This document shows, piece by piece, positions 1 to 8,793 of a DNA stretch of 11,490 nt. The stretch spans positions 1-11,490 of the forward strand of contig NW_021826984.1 in NCBI RefSeq assembly GCF_006345805.1, given 5' to 3'. Under the pieces are notes generated by a model that was given only the letters and a program-made list of their open reading frames with translations, had not been told where the DNA came from and searched no databases. Made by a program: the position numbers and the translations under genes. Numbering within the stretch: the stretch's first letter is position 1; the number at the start of each line of letters is the position of its first letter. The DNA comes from Octopus sinensis (lineage: Eukaryota).

Positions 1-289
1 GCCATCCTCCATACGGTATTCGATCGAATCTTGATTTAATAGCTTGAACTACTTCATGGATCCATTCCAGTTTGTCATCCGTTTGTACTTGATCCATAAT
101 TGCTTGTAAAGATAGTAGTCTTGTTCGAAAAACAGGTTCTGTAACACAGGGATGAGGTTCGATGTCGATTTCTTGAGCTTCATGCTGCCCCCTGACCACT
201 TTCTCTACGTTAGTAGTGTTTTCTCTATCAATATTCTTCGTAGATAGGTCATTAGGATATGTTTCATTCATCTTGCTTGAAACAGACAT
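1..289 (-). CDS. 5' part of a putative host ORF of unknown function, running off the left edge
   Basis: ATG at 289-287 followed by 96 stop-free codons (MSVSSKMNETYPNDLSTKNIDREN...LEWIHEVVQAIKSRFDRIPYGGW). Very AT-rich intergenic-like sequence lies upstream (300-400). No motif recognised. Confidence 0.45.
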   Translation of the reverse strand, partial: MSVSSKMNETYPNDLSTKNIDRENTTNVEKVVRGQHEAQEIDIEPHPCVTEPVFRTRLLSLQAIMDQVQTDDKLEWIHEVVQAIKSRFDRIPYGGW

Positions 290-514
290 GCAGTACACAA
301 CAAGAAAAACGTGCTCTTAAATATTGACAATAAAAAATAAAAACTTATCAATAAAAAAGTTCTGAAAAGTCGAAAAAATTATAATTAATCAATGGTTTTA
401 GTTGAACTAAATCGAGACACCCTCGAAATCAGGCCACTTGGATAATTCTATGAGTTCGGAGGAAAGGGCACGAATATGAATATATGCCAAAAATTCAGTT
501 TCAAGGAAAACAAC

Positions 515-587
515 ATCTAAATCAGTGGTTCTCAACCTTTTTTGTCCGCGGACCCCTTGTGAGTAAATGAAAAATTTTGCGGACCCC
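515..587. repeat. Left TSD, TIR and subterminal GCGGACCCC motifs of the hAT
   Basis: TSD 515-522; TIR 523-538; GCGGACCCC at 548-556 and 579-587. Confidence 0.95.
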
Positions 588-831
588 CTACATATTTATT
601 AAGTTTTTTGTCAAAAAATTTTACTTATCTAAAAACAAAATTTATTATTAATCAATAGAGAAAATTAGTGAGAAGGTGATATTGTTTTTCGAGGCAATTT
701 TTTCAATAAGAGGCTCGGTTGTCGACAAGCAAACCCTGATGTCATCTTAATATTCAGTCTTGCGCGATGATTATTTTTTATATTGAGAAGTGCTGAGAAG
801 CCATGTTCGCATAAATTGTTGTCGGGAATAT

Positions 832-1724
832 TATTATTATTATTTGCAACATACGTAGAATCATATTAGTTATAATTTTACTCGTGCAGCATTAAAAACA
901 ATCCTTTGAACCAGCCTCCTCCAACCTCCTCTGTCGTGAGCGAGTTTCCTCAGCTCGTCCAGATCCTCACCACTCCTTAGCCTTTTCTTCACACATTTCA
1001 GGTCTCCGTCAATGTTTCCGGCAGCGTAACACGTGGACGTCCACGGAAGCTCGATCCCTCTTTCAGGAAGTAGCCCTCCATTGCTATGTTAGCTGGGGCA
1101 AGCATGTCCATTCGTAGAATATGGCCAAATAACCTCCACCGCATATTGACGATTTCCACACTCAGAGGGCCAGTTCTGCATCTATTGTATAGCGATTCCT
1201 GGTTGATTCTTATAGGCCAGTTCAATCCCAGTAGGGATCTAAGTTGCCTGCGGTGAAAAGAATCGAGTCCACGTTGTTCAGTACTAGACATTCCCCAGGT
1301 CGCCGAATTATATGTCAGGATTGGTTTGACAAAGGCTTCATACATCCTCAGACGAAGTGACGTACAGAGTCGTCGTTTGCCGATCCACTCTTTCTTTATC
1401 TTGTTCATCGTGGCCCAAGCGAGAGCCTTTCTTCTGACAATATCATGGCCGTCCCCAAGTAGAGAACCGAGTTTGTTCGTTTTGCGCCAGGCTTCACTTG
1501 AGCTGCTCTCCATCCTCATGATTTCAACGATGTCGGTTTTTCCAACGTTCATTTTAAGGAACCATCTGTTCAGCTCAGCAGGTGCCACTTCAAGGAGTCG
1601 AAGTAAGGCCGATTTGTCGTCTGACACGAAGTCGACGTCATCTGCATATACAATTTCGATGATATTGCCAGCATAGAATTTTCGAAGGTCTCGTAGTGCC
1701 GTCTCCAGATAGATCACGAATAGA
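832..1724 (-). mobile_element. 5'-truncated non-LTR retrotransposon (RTE-like) nested in the hAT transposase
   Basis: 14-bp TSD GTTGTCGGGAATAT (818-831, 1725-1738). (TAA)n tail on the minus strand at ~829-844 after a ~25-nt 3' UTR. RT C-terminal half LFVIYLE...YADD...KMNVGKT...LGSLL...VKPILTYNSATW...RWRLFGHILR...FRGRPR. One frameshift near 1010; the natural C-terminus ...LAHDRGGWRRLVQRI...KL ends at TAA 872-870. Clade inferred from the short UTR and repeat tail. Confidence 0.95.
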
Positions 1725-1903
1725 GTTGTCGGGAATATAAACACCAATTTATGCATTTGCGCTACGGAAGGATAATGCTTACACATTTCGCACCAAAATC
1801 TTGATAAATCAAGTTTTTCATACAAATCTTTTGCGTTTGAATTATTGATCATGTCAATAAAAGCCTCTTCGATATTTTCATCGACCAAACGTGGATTCAA
1901 CAC
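998..1903 (-). pseudogene. Chimeric ORF: hAT dimerization-domain N-half fused in frame to a truncated reverse transcriptase (first ATG at 1852)
   Basis: The 301-aa ORF switches from hAT-like to RT-like sequence exactly at the TSD (FPTT|LFVIYLE). It lacks the N-terminal RT motifs including the first catalytic Asp. Confidence 0.85.
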
Positions 1904-2863
1904 TGAATGGTGTACGAATGAATTTCAAATCAATTTCGTTTCAATTCTGGAAAGTATTTATTTACTTCTTCTTGTTTGAGATATGTTAAATGTGCATAAA
2001 TAAGTTCGGTTATTTTTTGATTTCAATGCATCTATATTTACAGATTGTTCTTCAAAAGATTCAAACATAGTAAAATTATTTAGCGAAATTTTGATGGCAT
2101 GAAGTTTTTATTTGTTCTACCACCTGAAATAAATAATATAATATCAATAACCAATGACACTTAATATTTCTGTACATTTCAGAATTCGTCGATGAACAGG
2201 ATCATTCGATAATGGTATTTCCGAAATCATATTTTCAGCATGAGTGCCAATAAGAGTACGTACTATGTCTTTACAACAAGGAAGAATCAGTTTTTCGGCA
2301 ATATTATGAGGGTTTCTTTTTTCGCTATACGTAATGATCATGTAAATGCTAATAGGATGGAATTCAGAAGGCAAAGTTTGTATGAAACGAGTCAATACTT
2401 GATTTTTTTCATCATTTTACGCAAAGAAATAAAATAATCCTTATTTTTGTGATTAGATGGGGATGACATGTGCGCAAGTGTCTCACAAGAGATGTTGTTT
2501 TCATGCTATTGTGTGACAGAATTTTCATGCACAAAACACATTTTGGGCTTTCAAATCCATCTTTATCATACAATAAACCCATATTTTATATAATCAGGAT
2601 TATATTTGCGTATCTTAAAACATTCGAGGAATTCATATCAATAGCGTGCTTAAAAATTTTATTAACTTTTACCAAAAAATAAATATTTGAGTTACATTCA
2701 GCTTTAAAGTAATTTAGCCTCTCAGTATTATTGAATATTAAAATATATTAATTTATAATATATCTAAAAGAGATATTATTAATTATGATTTAATTCTATT
2801 ATATATTAATTTAAAATTGTTATCATTAAATAGAAACATTTAAATAAAGTTTCAGAAAAATCT

Positions 2864-2936
2864 CGCGGACCCCTGGAATCTTTCGCGGACCCCTAAGGGG
2901 TCCGCGGACCCCAGGTTGAGAACCACTGATCTAAAT
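2864..2936. repeat. Right subterminal motifs, palindrome, TIR and TSD of the hAT
   Basis: GCGGACCCC at 2865-2873, 2885-2893 and 2904-2912; perfect 16-bp palindrome GGGGTCCGCGGACCCC at 2897-2912; TIR 2913-2928; TSD 2929-2936. Confidence 0.95.
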
Positions 2937-3429
2937 TAATAAAAATGGCTCAAAGTTGCGTTTTCTTTTGATCTAAGACGCTGAACTTAAGTTCAAATTC
3001 ATTGAAGTAGTATATTTGTCTATCTAAATTAGACTCAACACAATTTAAATCACTTTGGACGTGATAGATTGTACATTTTATGACGGAAAATCATATGGCT
3101 GAAAATGCAATGTCTTGGTCTTGTGGGACCCTACAAAGACGTTTCATCGTGGGAACGAACATTATTTAGGAAATGCTACTATTTAGCTTTCATCCATGTG
3201 AAAAATGTTTTATTGGAATTTGCAAAAATTTCTCTTGATGCGAAAAGAAAAGAAACAACCAAATAATAATGATTTTTTGATTTATTTTAGAAAACAATTT
3301 ATTGCTGGCAATGTCACTCCTGACCCATCTAATGACGTCAGTTTTTGGAGTTGTTTTCATCGGTATTAAAGTCAATGCCTAGAACAACCATTCATTGGAA
3401 GTTGGCATACGTTTTTGAACATTCATTTA

Positions 3430-3774
3430 CCGAACGCACCCAAATTTGGAAGCTTTTTTAGACCGTAGTGACGGAGAAACGTCCCGATGGGTTCACGCTA
3501 TTCCCGTTCAAGGGAGACTCGCTTTATTTGGGACGTCACGTGTGTCGATTCGTTTTTCCTCCTCGTCATCTCTCATCGACTCTGCCTCCGCGCCTGGCCA
3601 CAGCCTCCGCACATGCCGAAACGAAAAAAATCGCAAAGTACGCGCTCATTGGAGAACACTCTGCGTTTTCGTCCCATTGGCTTTCGAGACGAGTGGGATA
3701 ATCGCCCAAAAGCCCTGGAGTTCCTTTCGGAGATTGGTTTGATGATCTCGAGAAAGAGTCACGAGAGACGTAAG
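3430..3774 (+). mobile_element. Decayed 3' fragment of a CRE-like non-LTR retrotransposon (restriction-like endonuclease domain)
   Basis: Motifs recovered across three frames: DRSDG-KRPDGFTLFPFKG-(F)IWDVTCVDSF-AETKKIAKY-FVPLAFETSG-KALEFLSEIG. This matches the RPD...WDxT endonuclease tail of CRE-clade elements. Confidence 0.85.
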
Positions 3775-3777
3775 CCT

Positions 3778-4378
3778 GTCAATTCGCTCGTCCTCTCAAT
3801 CAAAGAATTAACGACGTTTATTAAAAAATACTGACTATTGTTTTAAACTGTATGTTGGTTTTCAATCAAATCAGTAACTTCAAAATTGATGATCATCTAT
3901 ATATGAGAGGGGTGCCATGCGCACAATATTTTTATAAGCGTGATTGTGTTTATTCTCAGCCACTGACTGAACAGAGTGGATTTTTAAACTCATTGATTTC
4001 TTAATTACATTCTCCCTGCATGTACACATCTGCCTTGGTGAGTAGTCATTATTTAGCATTCGACCACATCCCGTGAGCATTCGCTAAGTGATCAACTGTC
4101 TTACAGCACATTGCATTGTCGAAAAATAGACTACGCCTCTGCATAAGCCTCTAGTTCTTTTGCGACAAGGTTCTTCGCGAAATTTACAATAAAGTGAGGG
4201 AGTCCGGAGTTTGCAAGAAAGTCATGATCAACCGAATGGAACGCTTTATCACATTAATCCAGATAGAAAACAAATTATTTCTGCTTTATTTGTGGCCCCT
4301 GTTACTTCTTGGAAGGTCATTTACGACCTAAATTCTGACCACAACCGGATTATTATTGAGAATGCCCTAAACACATAA
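3778..4378 (+). pseudogene. Decayed AP-endonuclease (APE) domain of a non-LTR retrotransposon
   Basis: N-terminal VNSLVLSIKELTTFIKKY..IVL; NFKIDDHLYMRG; C-terminal NGTLYHINP...VTSWKVIYDLNSDHNRIII (SDH at 4334-4342). Many stops and frameshifts. Confidence 0.65.
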
Positions 4379-4509
4379 ACGACACTTATGACTCGATTCA
4401 GGGAGGAAACATGACTGAGTGTTGTTTTGGATGATTAGGAGGAATAAAGTATAATTAAATGTAAAAAATAGAATAGGTTAGAAAAGTAAAAATAAATAGT
4501 AACGTTACC

Positions 4510-5030
4510 GAAGTTGTGTTTGGGTTTGTCCAATCAACAATGGCAACAACGACTTGCAGGTTTATTTGATAACGGACTCCTCCACTCCCATAATCGGGAT
4601 TATATCAAGGCTAACTACGACGGTAGGACCAAAGCTTCTTTGGACATCATGGGTTTTATTCTCGTTGATACTGCAGGACTACCTTAACAATCTCGAAAGT
4701 TGGCTCTCGTTGAATGGACTATCAACGAGTCCTGAAAATGGGTCACCACTTCAGCAAGAAGCTTGGGAAAATGGTGGTGAACCTGTATCTAAATAACATG
4801 GAAATCCCCGTGTAAAAAAATCCCAGAAAATCCTCGGCGTGACTTACGATAGTCATATGTGTTTCTCTCTCAACAAGTTGATAACGTTACTACTAGCTGC
4901 ATGAAGAAACTGAACATCTTGAAAGTTTTTCTCCGAAAATGCAAACAATGGATCAGCTTTCCCGCACGCCAATCAATATTCTGGCAATTCATCGAACCCT
5001 CCCTTAGTTATGCTTGTGAGGCGTGGGGAG
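4510..5030 (+). pseudogene. Decayed RT of an APE-type LINE (Jockey/I/CR1 group unresolved); YADD core deleted
   Basis: RLAGLFDNGLL...ASLDI (early RT) is joined at ~4670 to LQDYLNNLESWLSLNGL..PE...ILGVTYDSH..FSQQVDNVTTSCMKKLNILKVF...FIEPSLSYACEAWGG. Confidence 0.85.
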
Positions 5031-5032
5031 GG
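4951..5032 (+). repeat. 82-bp perfect direct repeat, copy 1 (LINE coding sequence)
   Basis: Identical base for base to 6168-6249 (GATCAGCTTTCCCGCACGCC...GCGTGGGGAGGG). Confidence 0.98.
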
Positions 5033-6167
5033 CTGACGGACAACTCGCTAGGCAGTTGTCCTGAACTCGCCAATAACAAGGACGGACAATCGCCTAGGAA
5101 GAATGTATACTGGGGTATTAAAATTTGTATTTCATAGTCAAAATTTTGGACAAATATCTTTACAATAAGGATAGGGACATTGACGAAAAAACGACGAGAT
5201 GGATGTCGGAAACGAACGTGTCGGGGTCTGATTTTCAGCTTTGTTTTTCTAAACAAGTCGAAAATTTGGATTGTTGATGGAACATTTAAAAGTGTCCCAA
5301 ATCATTTTCACCAATGGTTGACGATATTTGTCAAATATTTGGGTGTAGTTACGGCCTTGTGTTTTCGGCTCTTGGCGAATAAAAACGCAAAGTGCTAGAA
5401 CGCACTTTTTTAATGAGGTCAAACCCTAACTGACAGTGACCCAGAACATATTGTTTTGGACTTTGAAAAGGGCTAATTAACTCTTCGGCTGCAGTTTTTA
5501 CTTCGCTAGGGTGTCGGGGTGCAACTTTCATCTTGGGCAATGATTTGGAGGAGATCCAAGCCGAGGGACTTGTGTACAATACAAAGATAAAGAGTGGCAA
5601 CACCAGATTATCAGAGATTGCTTTTCTCTGGCTTTATTGATGAGAAGGATGTTCTTTTCCAATCGAAAAATCTGCTTTAATTAGCAGAAATGACCGAAAA
5701 GATACAAAGCTAAATGAATTTTTGGAATATTTCAAAAAACAATTTATTCCGGACTTGATGTGTGAATCGCCAAGTTTTGATGTTTCATTTAATCATGTTT
5801 TGAAAGGATCAAATCATCTGTTCCAAGAACTTCAAATGTACTAGAATCTTGGCATCGGGTTCTTAATAGTTTTTTTCTAACCGCGCATCCTCACCTGACA
5901 AATCTAATTAATGTACTTTGGGTGCTAGAAGAAGAAAAGTATGTGAGGATGTGTCAAGCGAAGTGCGGAAAATTTGGAACTACCTAAATCTGACTTAACA
6001 AGGAGAAGAACTGAAAGTAATTTGTTATCACTACCAAGAATTTGAAAACGGATGATTTTCTTAAGAATCATTGCTAAGTACACTTCTTTTAAACAGAATA
6101 AAATTATTTATTTTCTCTAACATATAAAATTTTTATTGTTTTTTCCTAGGCGAGTTGTCTGGCCACC
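5031..6167 (+). mobile_element. Mutator-like element (MULE), decayed
   Basis: Imperfect ~23-bp TIRs (left GGCTGACGGACAACTCGC-TAGG; right reverse complement GGTGGCCAGACAACTCGCCTAGG) and repeated ACAACTCGCC-like motifs. Internal MULE transposase motifs. No 9-11-bp TSD found. Confidence 0.88.
5146..6120 (+). pseudogene. MULE transposase pseudogene with FLYWCH-like N-terminal remnant and degenerate D-D-E triad
   Basis: LDKYLYNKDR...TRW(R)CRKRTCRG (FLYWCH-like); WIVDGTFKSVP.HFHQ (D at 5276); DFE (5459); GCNFHLGQ; RTSNVLESWHRVLN...HPHLTNLI (E at 5844). Multiple stops and frameshifts. Confidence 0.9.
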
Positions 6168-6249
6168 GATCAGCTTTCCCGCACGCCAATCAATATTCTG
6201 GCAATTCATCGAACCCTCCCTTAGTTATGCTTGTGAGGCGTGGGGAGGG
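6168..6249 (+). repeat. 82-bp perfect direct repeat, copy 2
   Basis: Identical to 4951-5032; offset 1217. Confidence 0.98.
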
Positions 6250-6480
6250 TTCATCAGTGGAAGAACCGCGTTAAATCGAGAAAACTCAAGAACGCTTCCG
6301 AAAAGCACTACAAGGACCGAATGAACATCTACTCATCGCCACATTTATGAAATCTTGGGAGAAACCTCGGGGTACAGGCCCTAAAAACACCACCACCGCG
6401 CCGCGCCCTCACAGAATTGTGCCGGGACAAGGGAGGAGCACCGGGCAAAGTTGAGGACCCTCCTCAGAGATTCAATCAAA
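6250..6480 (+). pseudogene. Probable continuation of the LINE downstream of the RT
   Basis: IEKTQERFRKALQG and HIYEILGETSGYRP resemble the post-RT region (KLExxQxRFxR...LYxExGxxPL). GC-richer than flanks and followed by an A-rich tract. Right boundary approximate. Confidence 0.55.
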
Positions 6481-7429
6481 TCATTAACTTCAAAATTTCG
6501 GCGGAAAAATATTAAAATCAAAAAAGTAATAAACAAAAAAAGAAAATGACATCAGAAAGGTAATTTTTTTATTAAAACTTTAATGTGACCGATCTGGCGC
6601 CCCGGCCGGTTAGACGGTGACAATATATAACTTAACAAATATAAATCAAATCGAAGTTTTAAAAGAAGGAAAAATATTTTTTTCGAGTGTGTTTTTATGG
6701 ATGTTTGTTTTCAACTTGTTACTAATTTAAGTGTGGAACAACCATTATTTCATTTAAGTTGCTGAGAGTCTTGCTTGCTGAGACTCTTGAAGAAAACGGA
6801 ATTAAAAAATGAACTAAGAAATTTACTAATTTTTTTAATCCTGTAGATAGAGATGGAGTTGATACAATAGAAGTTTTCTCAAAAAATCCAATAGCAGGAT
6901 TTTCGGGAAATGTAATTCCTCCACCTCCTTAATTCCCCCTTTCATGTCTTTGATCACTTGTTCGATGTGTTTATTTAATTATTTCAGGACTTTTGTGAAA
7001 ATCCGCATTTTTAGTTATCTTGTAGGACTACGATATAGCCAGAAAGTAGACACGCGGAAAACGTACAAAATCAAAAACTTCATAAAAATTTAAAAAAGTA
7101 TGAAAAACCAATATAAAAATGTAAAAATAATAAAAGAGATTGACTTTGAAGAAATAAATCAAAATAAATGATAAAAATGATACAATTTCAATTTCTGAAC
7201 TCAGGAAATGAAAGTTCATAATGATTTATTCCTTACAAATCAAATAAGTATGTATTATAAAGTACACATAAAATACTAACAAACTAAGTCAACCACATGT
7301 ATCAGCGTGTTATAATTTATTAGGCTTACCTTTCAAAATAGGTTAACCATAGTGTAATAATTTTAATAAATATGAATTTTATTTATATTTTTGAGAAGAT
7401 TCTCCTACCAATTCACTAATCTATCATTC

Positions 7430-8115
7430 TATTATATCGAGCTATTTTAGTCATTCCGACACTGCACATGTGGAAGCCACACAAGCAGGCCGTCCAACGG
7501 ATCATCCTCTTTCTTTTGTTCATCGTGTTGCATTTTCTGCAGATCTCATCTTCTCTTGCAGTTTCCTACATGTTCTTTTCAGATTTTTCCTTTCTTTCAG
7601 ATTTTTCCTTTCAAATAGCAAAATTAATGTTAATTTCAAATAAGAAAATTCGAAAGTGTCGATAATTGTACGTGTGTCAAACACCTCCTTTGATTCAATT
7701 GAGGTAGCCAATATCATCTGTAATTCGAAAACTGCCCTCAAGGCGAGAATCTCCCGTCGCTTTGATGGCTTATACGAACTTGTTGCACCAATTTATAAGT
7801 TGAGTTAGGCAATCACAAATAAGGTCGTTAGTCATGTTCAGGCTAATGGGAAATGGCAGACCAATATTTTTGTTGTATTTTAAAAGGCTGAGTGTTCCCT
7901 GGCGTATGATATTTCTGACAGTTACAGTTTATAATGTACCTCATAGCAAGATTTATAGAGAGAATGTTTGTGGCTTTTTCAGATTGCTTATTTTTCAAAA
8001 TTTCGGTTTCATTGTTGATTTGAATTATTTTTTCAGCCATTTCTTTCAAGTCAATAATACTTTGAATTCCATGGTGAAACCGATCGTTAGGAATTAAACC
8101 AACAGCGGACATCAA
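7430..8115 (-). pseudogene. Decayed coding remnant of uncertain origin with a PHD-finger-like C-terminus
   Basis: One frame gives EDEICRKC...IRWTACLCGFHMCSVGMTK (7553-7445), resembling a PHD finger with short deletions. It is preceded by a K/R-rich tract and several broken ORFs. Family not recognised. Confidence 0.4.
7577..7612. repeat. 18-bp tandem duplication
   Basis: TTTCAGATTTTTCCTTTC twice (7577-7594, 7595-7612); gives ERKNLK twice on the minus strand. Confidence 0.95.
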
Positions 8116-8793
8116 AAATATGTTTTAAATTAATTTCGAATAAATAATTGGATCTTTTATTTATTTTCCTTTGATTTTAATGACTACTCAAAAATCAGAA
8201 GAAAACGAAATAATTGATAAAAATATTTTACTAACTAAGTTTATCACAATTGAAAGTTTGAGCACTTAGCTTCTTAGCAAATGAAATTAAAATTATTTTG
8301 ATGTCTATTTTCTCAATTTAGTTTGATTGAACTTTGTCGTTTTAAATGCGTGGAAAGTCTTTTTAGTCTCAATTTTAGGGTAAATAAATATGAGGCTTTG
8401 CTAAGAGATCAGACAGATTGAATTCCAGTTTTACAGTTATATTTGTTGATTCTAGAAATACTATAACCGATTATTATATTTATTAATATTACCGATTGGT
8501 TGCTGTTTTCTCTACAGCAACTGAATTTAAGATTTTTTGCATAAATTTTTGTGCAATATTTTCACATAATATTTAAATTTAAAGAATTGTAAAAAAGCTA
8601 GCTAAATCTTTTTAAGCGATATCACATATTTTATCAAATTAGATAATTCTAAATCTATACCTGTTGTTTTATTGACATTTTTGTATAGAATTTTGAAATT
8701 AATAAAATTTTTAAAATTAATAGAGAATTAAAAAGTTTTTAAATGTTAAAGAAAGATTTTCGAAATCCGGTAACAAAATTAAAATTTTTGAGA

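Larger units (their letters stand above)
665..2636 (-). pseudogene. Buster-type hAT transposase pseudogene (BED finger and dimerization domain retained, DDE core deleted), interrupted by a LINE
   Basis: Frameshifted fragments in the expected order: RKYNPDYIKYGF; PKCVLCMKILSHNSMKTTSLVRHLRTCHP (BED zinc finger, ~2460-2547); PHNIAEKLILPCCKDIV...PLSNDPVHRRI; VVEQIKTS..NFA, then a deletion at ~2082; FIRTPFSV..EEAFIDM...FWCEMCKHYP...FPTT | LCEHGFSALLNIK...DDIRVCLSTTEP...SH-TAA (stop 667-665). Confidence 0.93.
523..2928 (-). mobile_element. hAT superfamily, Buster/Charlie-type DNA transposon; non-autonomous, internally deleted
   Basis: Perfect 16-bp TIRs CAGTGGTTCTCAACCT (523-538, 2913-2928). Perfect 8-bp TSD ATCTAAAT (515-522, 2929-2936) with the central TA typical of Buster elements. 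Internal ZBED5/SCAND3-like transposase fragments. Confidence 0.97.

Noticed and set aside
1326-1676. 116-aa plus-strand ORF and other listed shadow ORFs (2240, 2470, 3880, 5008, 5349, 7468, 7834, 9040)
   Set aside because: They are antisense or off-frame to recognised TE or receptor coding sequence and carry no motifs of their own.
998-1903. Functional or domesticated reverse transcriptase
   Set aside because: N-terminal RT motifs are missing, the C-terminus is frameshifted, and the TSD and tail show an ordinary truncated insertion.
2982-2995. 14-bp perfect palindromes (TGAACTTAAGTTCA here; CGTGGACGTCCACG at 1032-1045) and a 7-bp stem at 6765-6787
   Set aside because: Short isolated palindromes with no supporting context; one lies inside RT coding sequence.
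392-3150. Plus-strand frame reconstructed across the empty hAT site, with only TAA stops for ~110 codons
   Set aside because: No recognisable protein, and the TAA count is about what the base composition predicts. Not evidence for a gene or an alternative genetic code.
3190-3420. Minus-strand ORF 3190..3375 and a nearby VVLGIDFN resembling the APE GDFN motif
   Set aside because: A single imperfect motif with no other endonuclease motifs in register; cannot be supported.
4951-6249. 82-bp direct repeats interpreted as LTRs, a TRIM or a CRISPR-like repeat
   Set aside because: No TG...CA ends, PBS or PPT. The repeat is in-frame LINE coding sequence and the interior is a TIR-bounded MULE. Only two copies.
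6546-7070. Splice-like signals (AG|gtaatt at 6560, tactaat...tgtag at ~6846, gtaatt at 6922, ttcag at 6987) and a 70-codon frame with one TGA
   Set aside because: No consistent stop-free model with canonical sites. The implied introns are much longer than the 23-28-nt ones seen in the receptor gene. Left unexplained.
7028-7219. Hydrophobic 63-aa ORF resembling a membrane protein
   Set aside because: The F/I/L/Y richness is the expected translation of a T-rich strand; non-ATG start.
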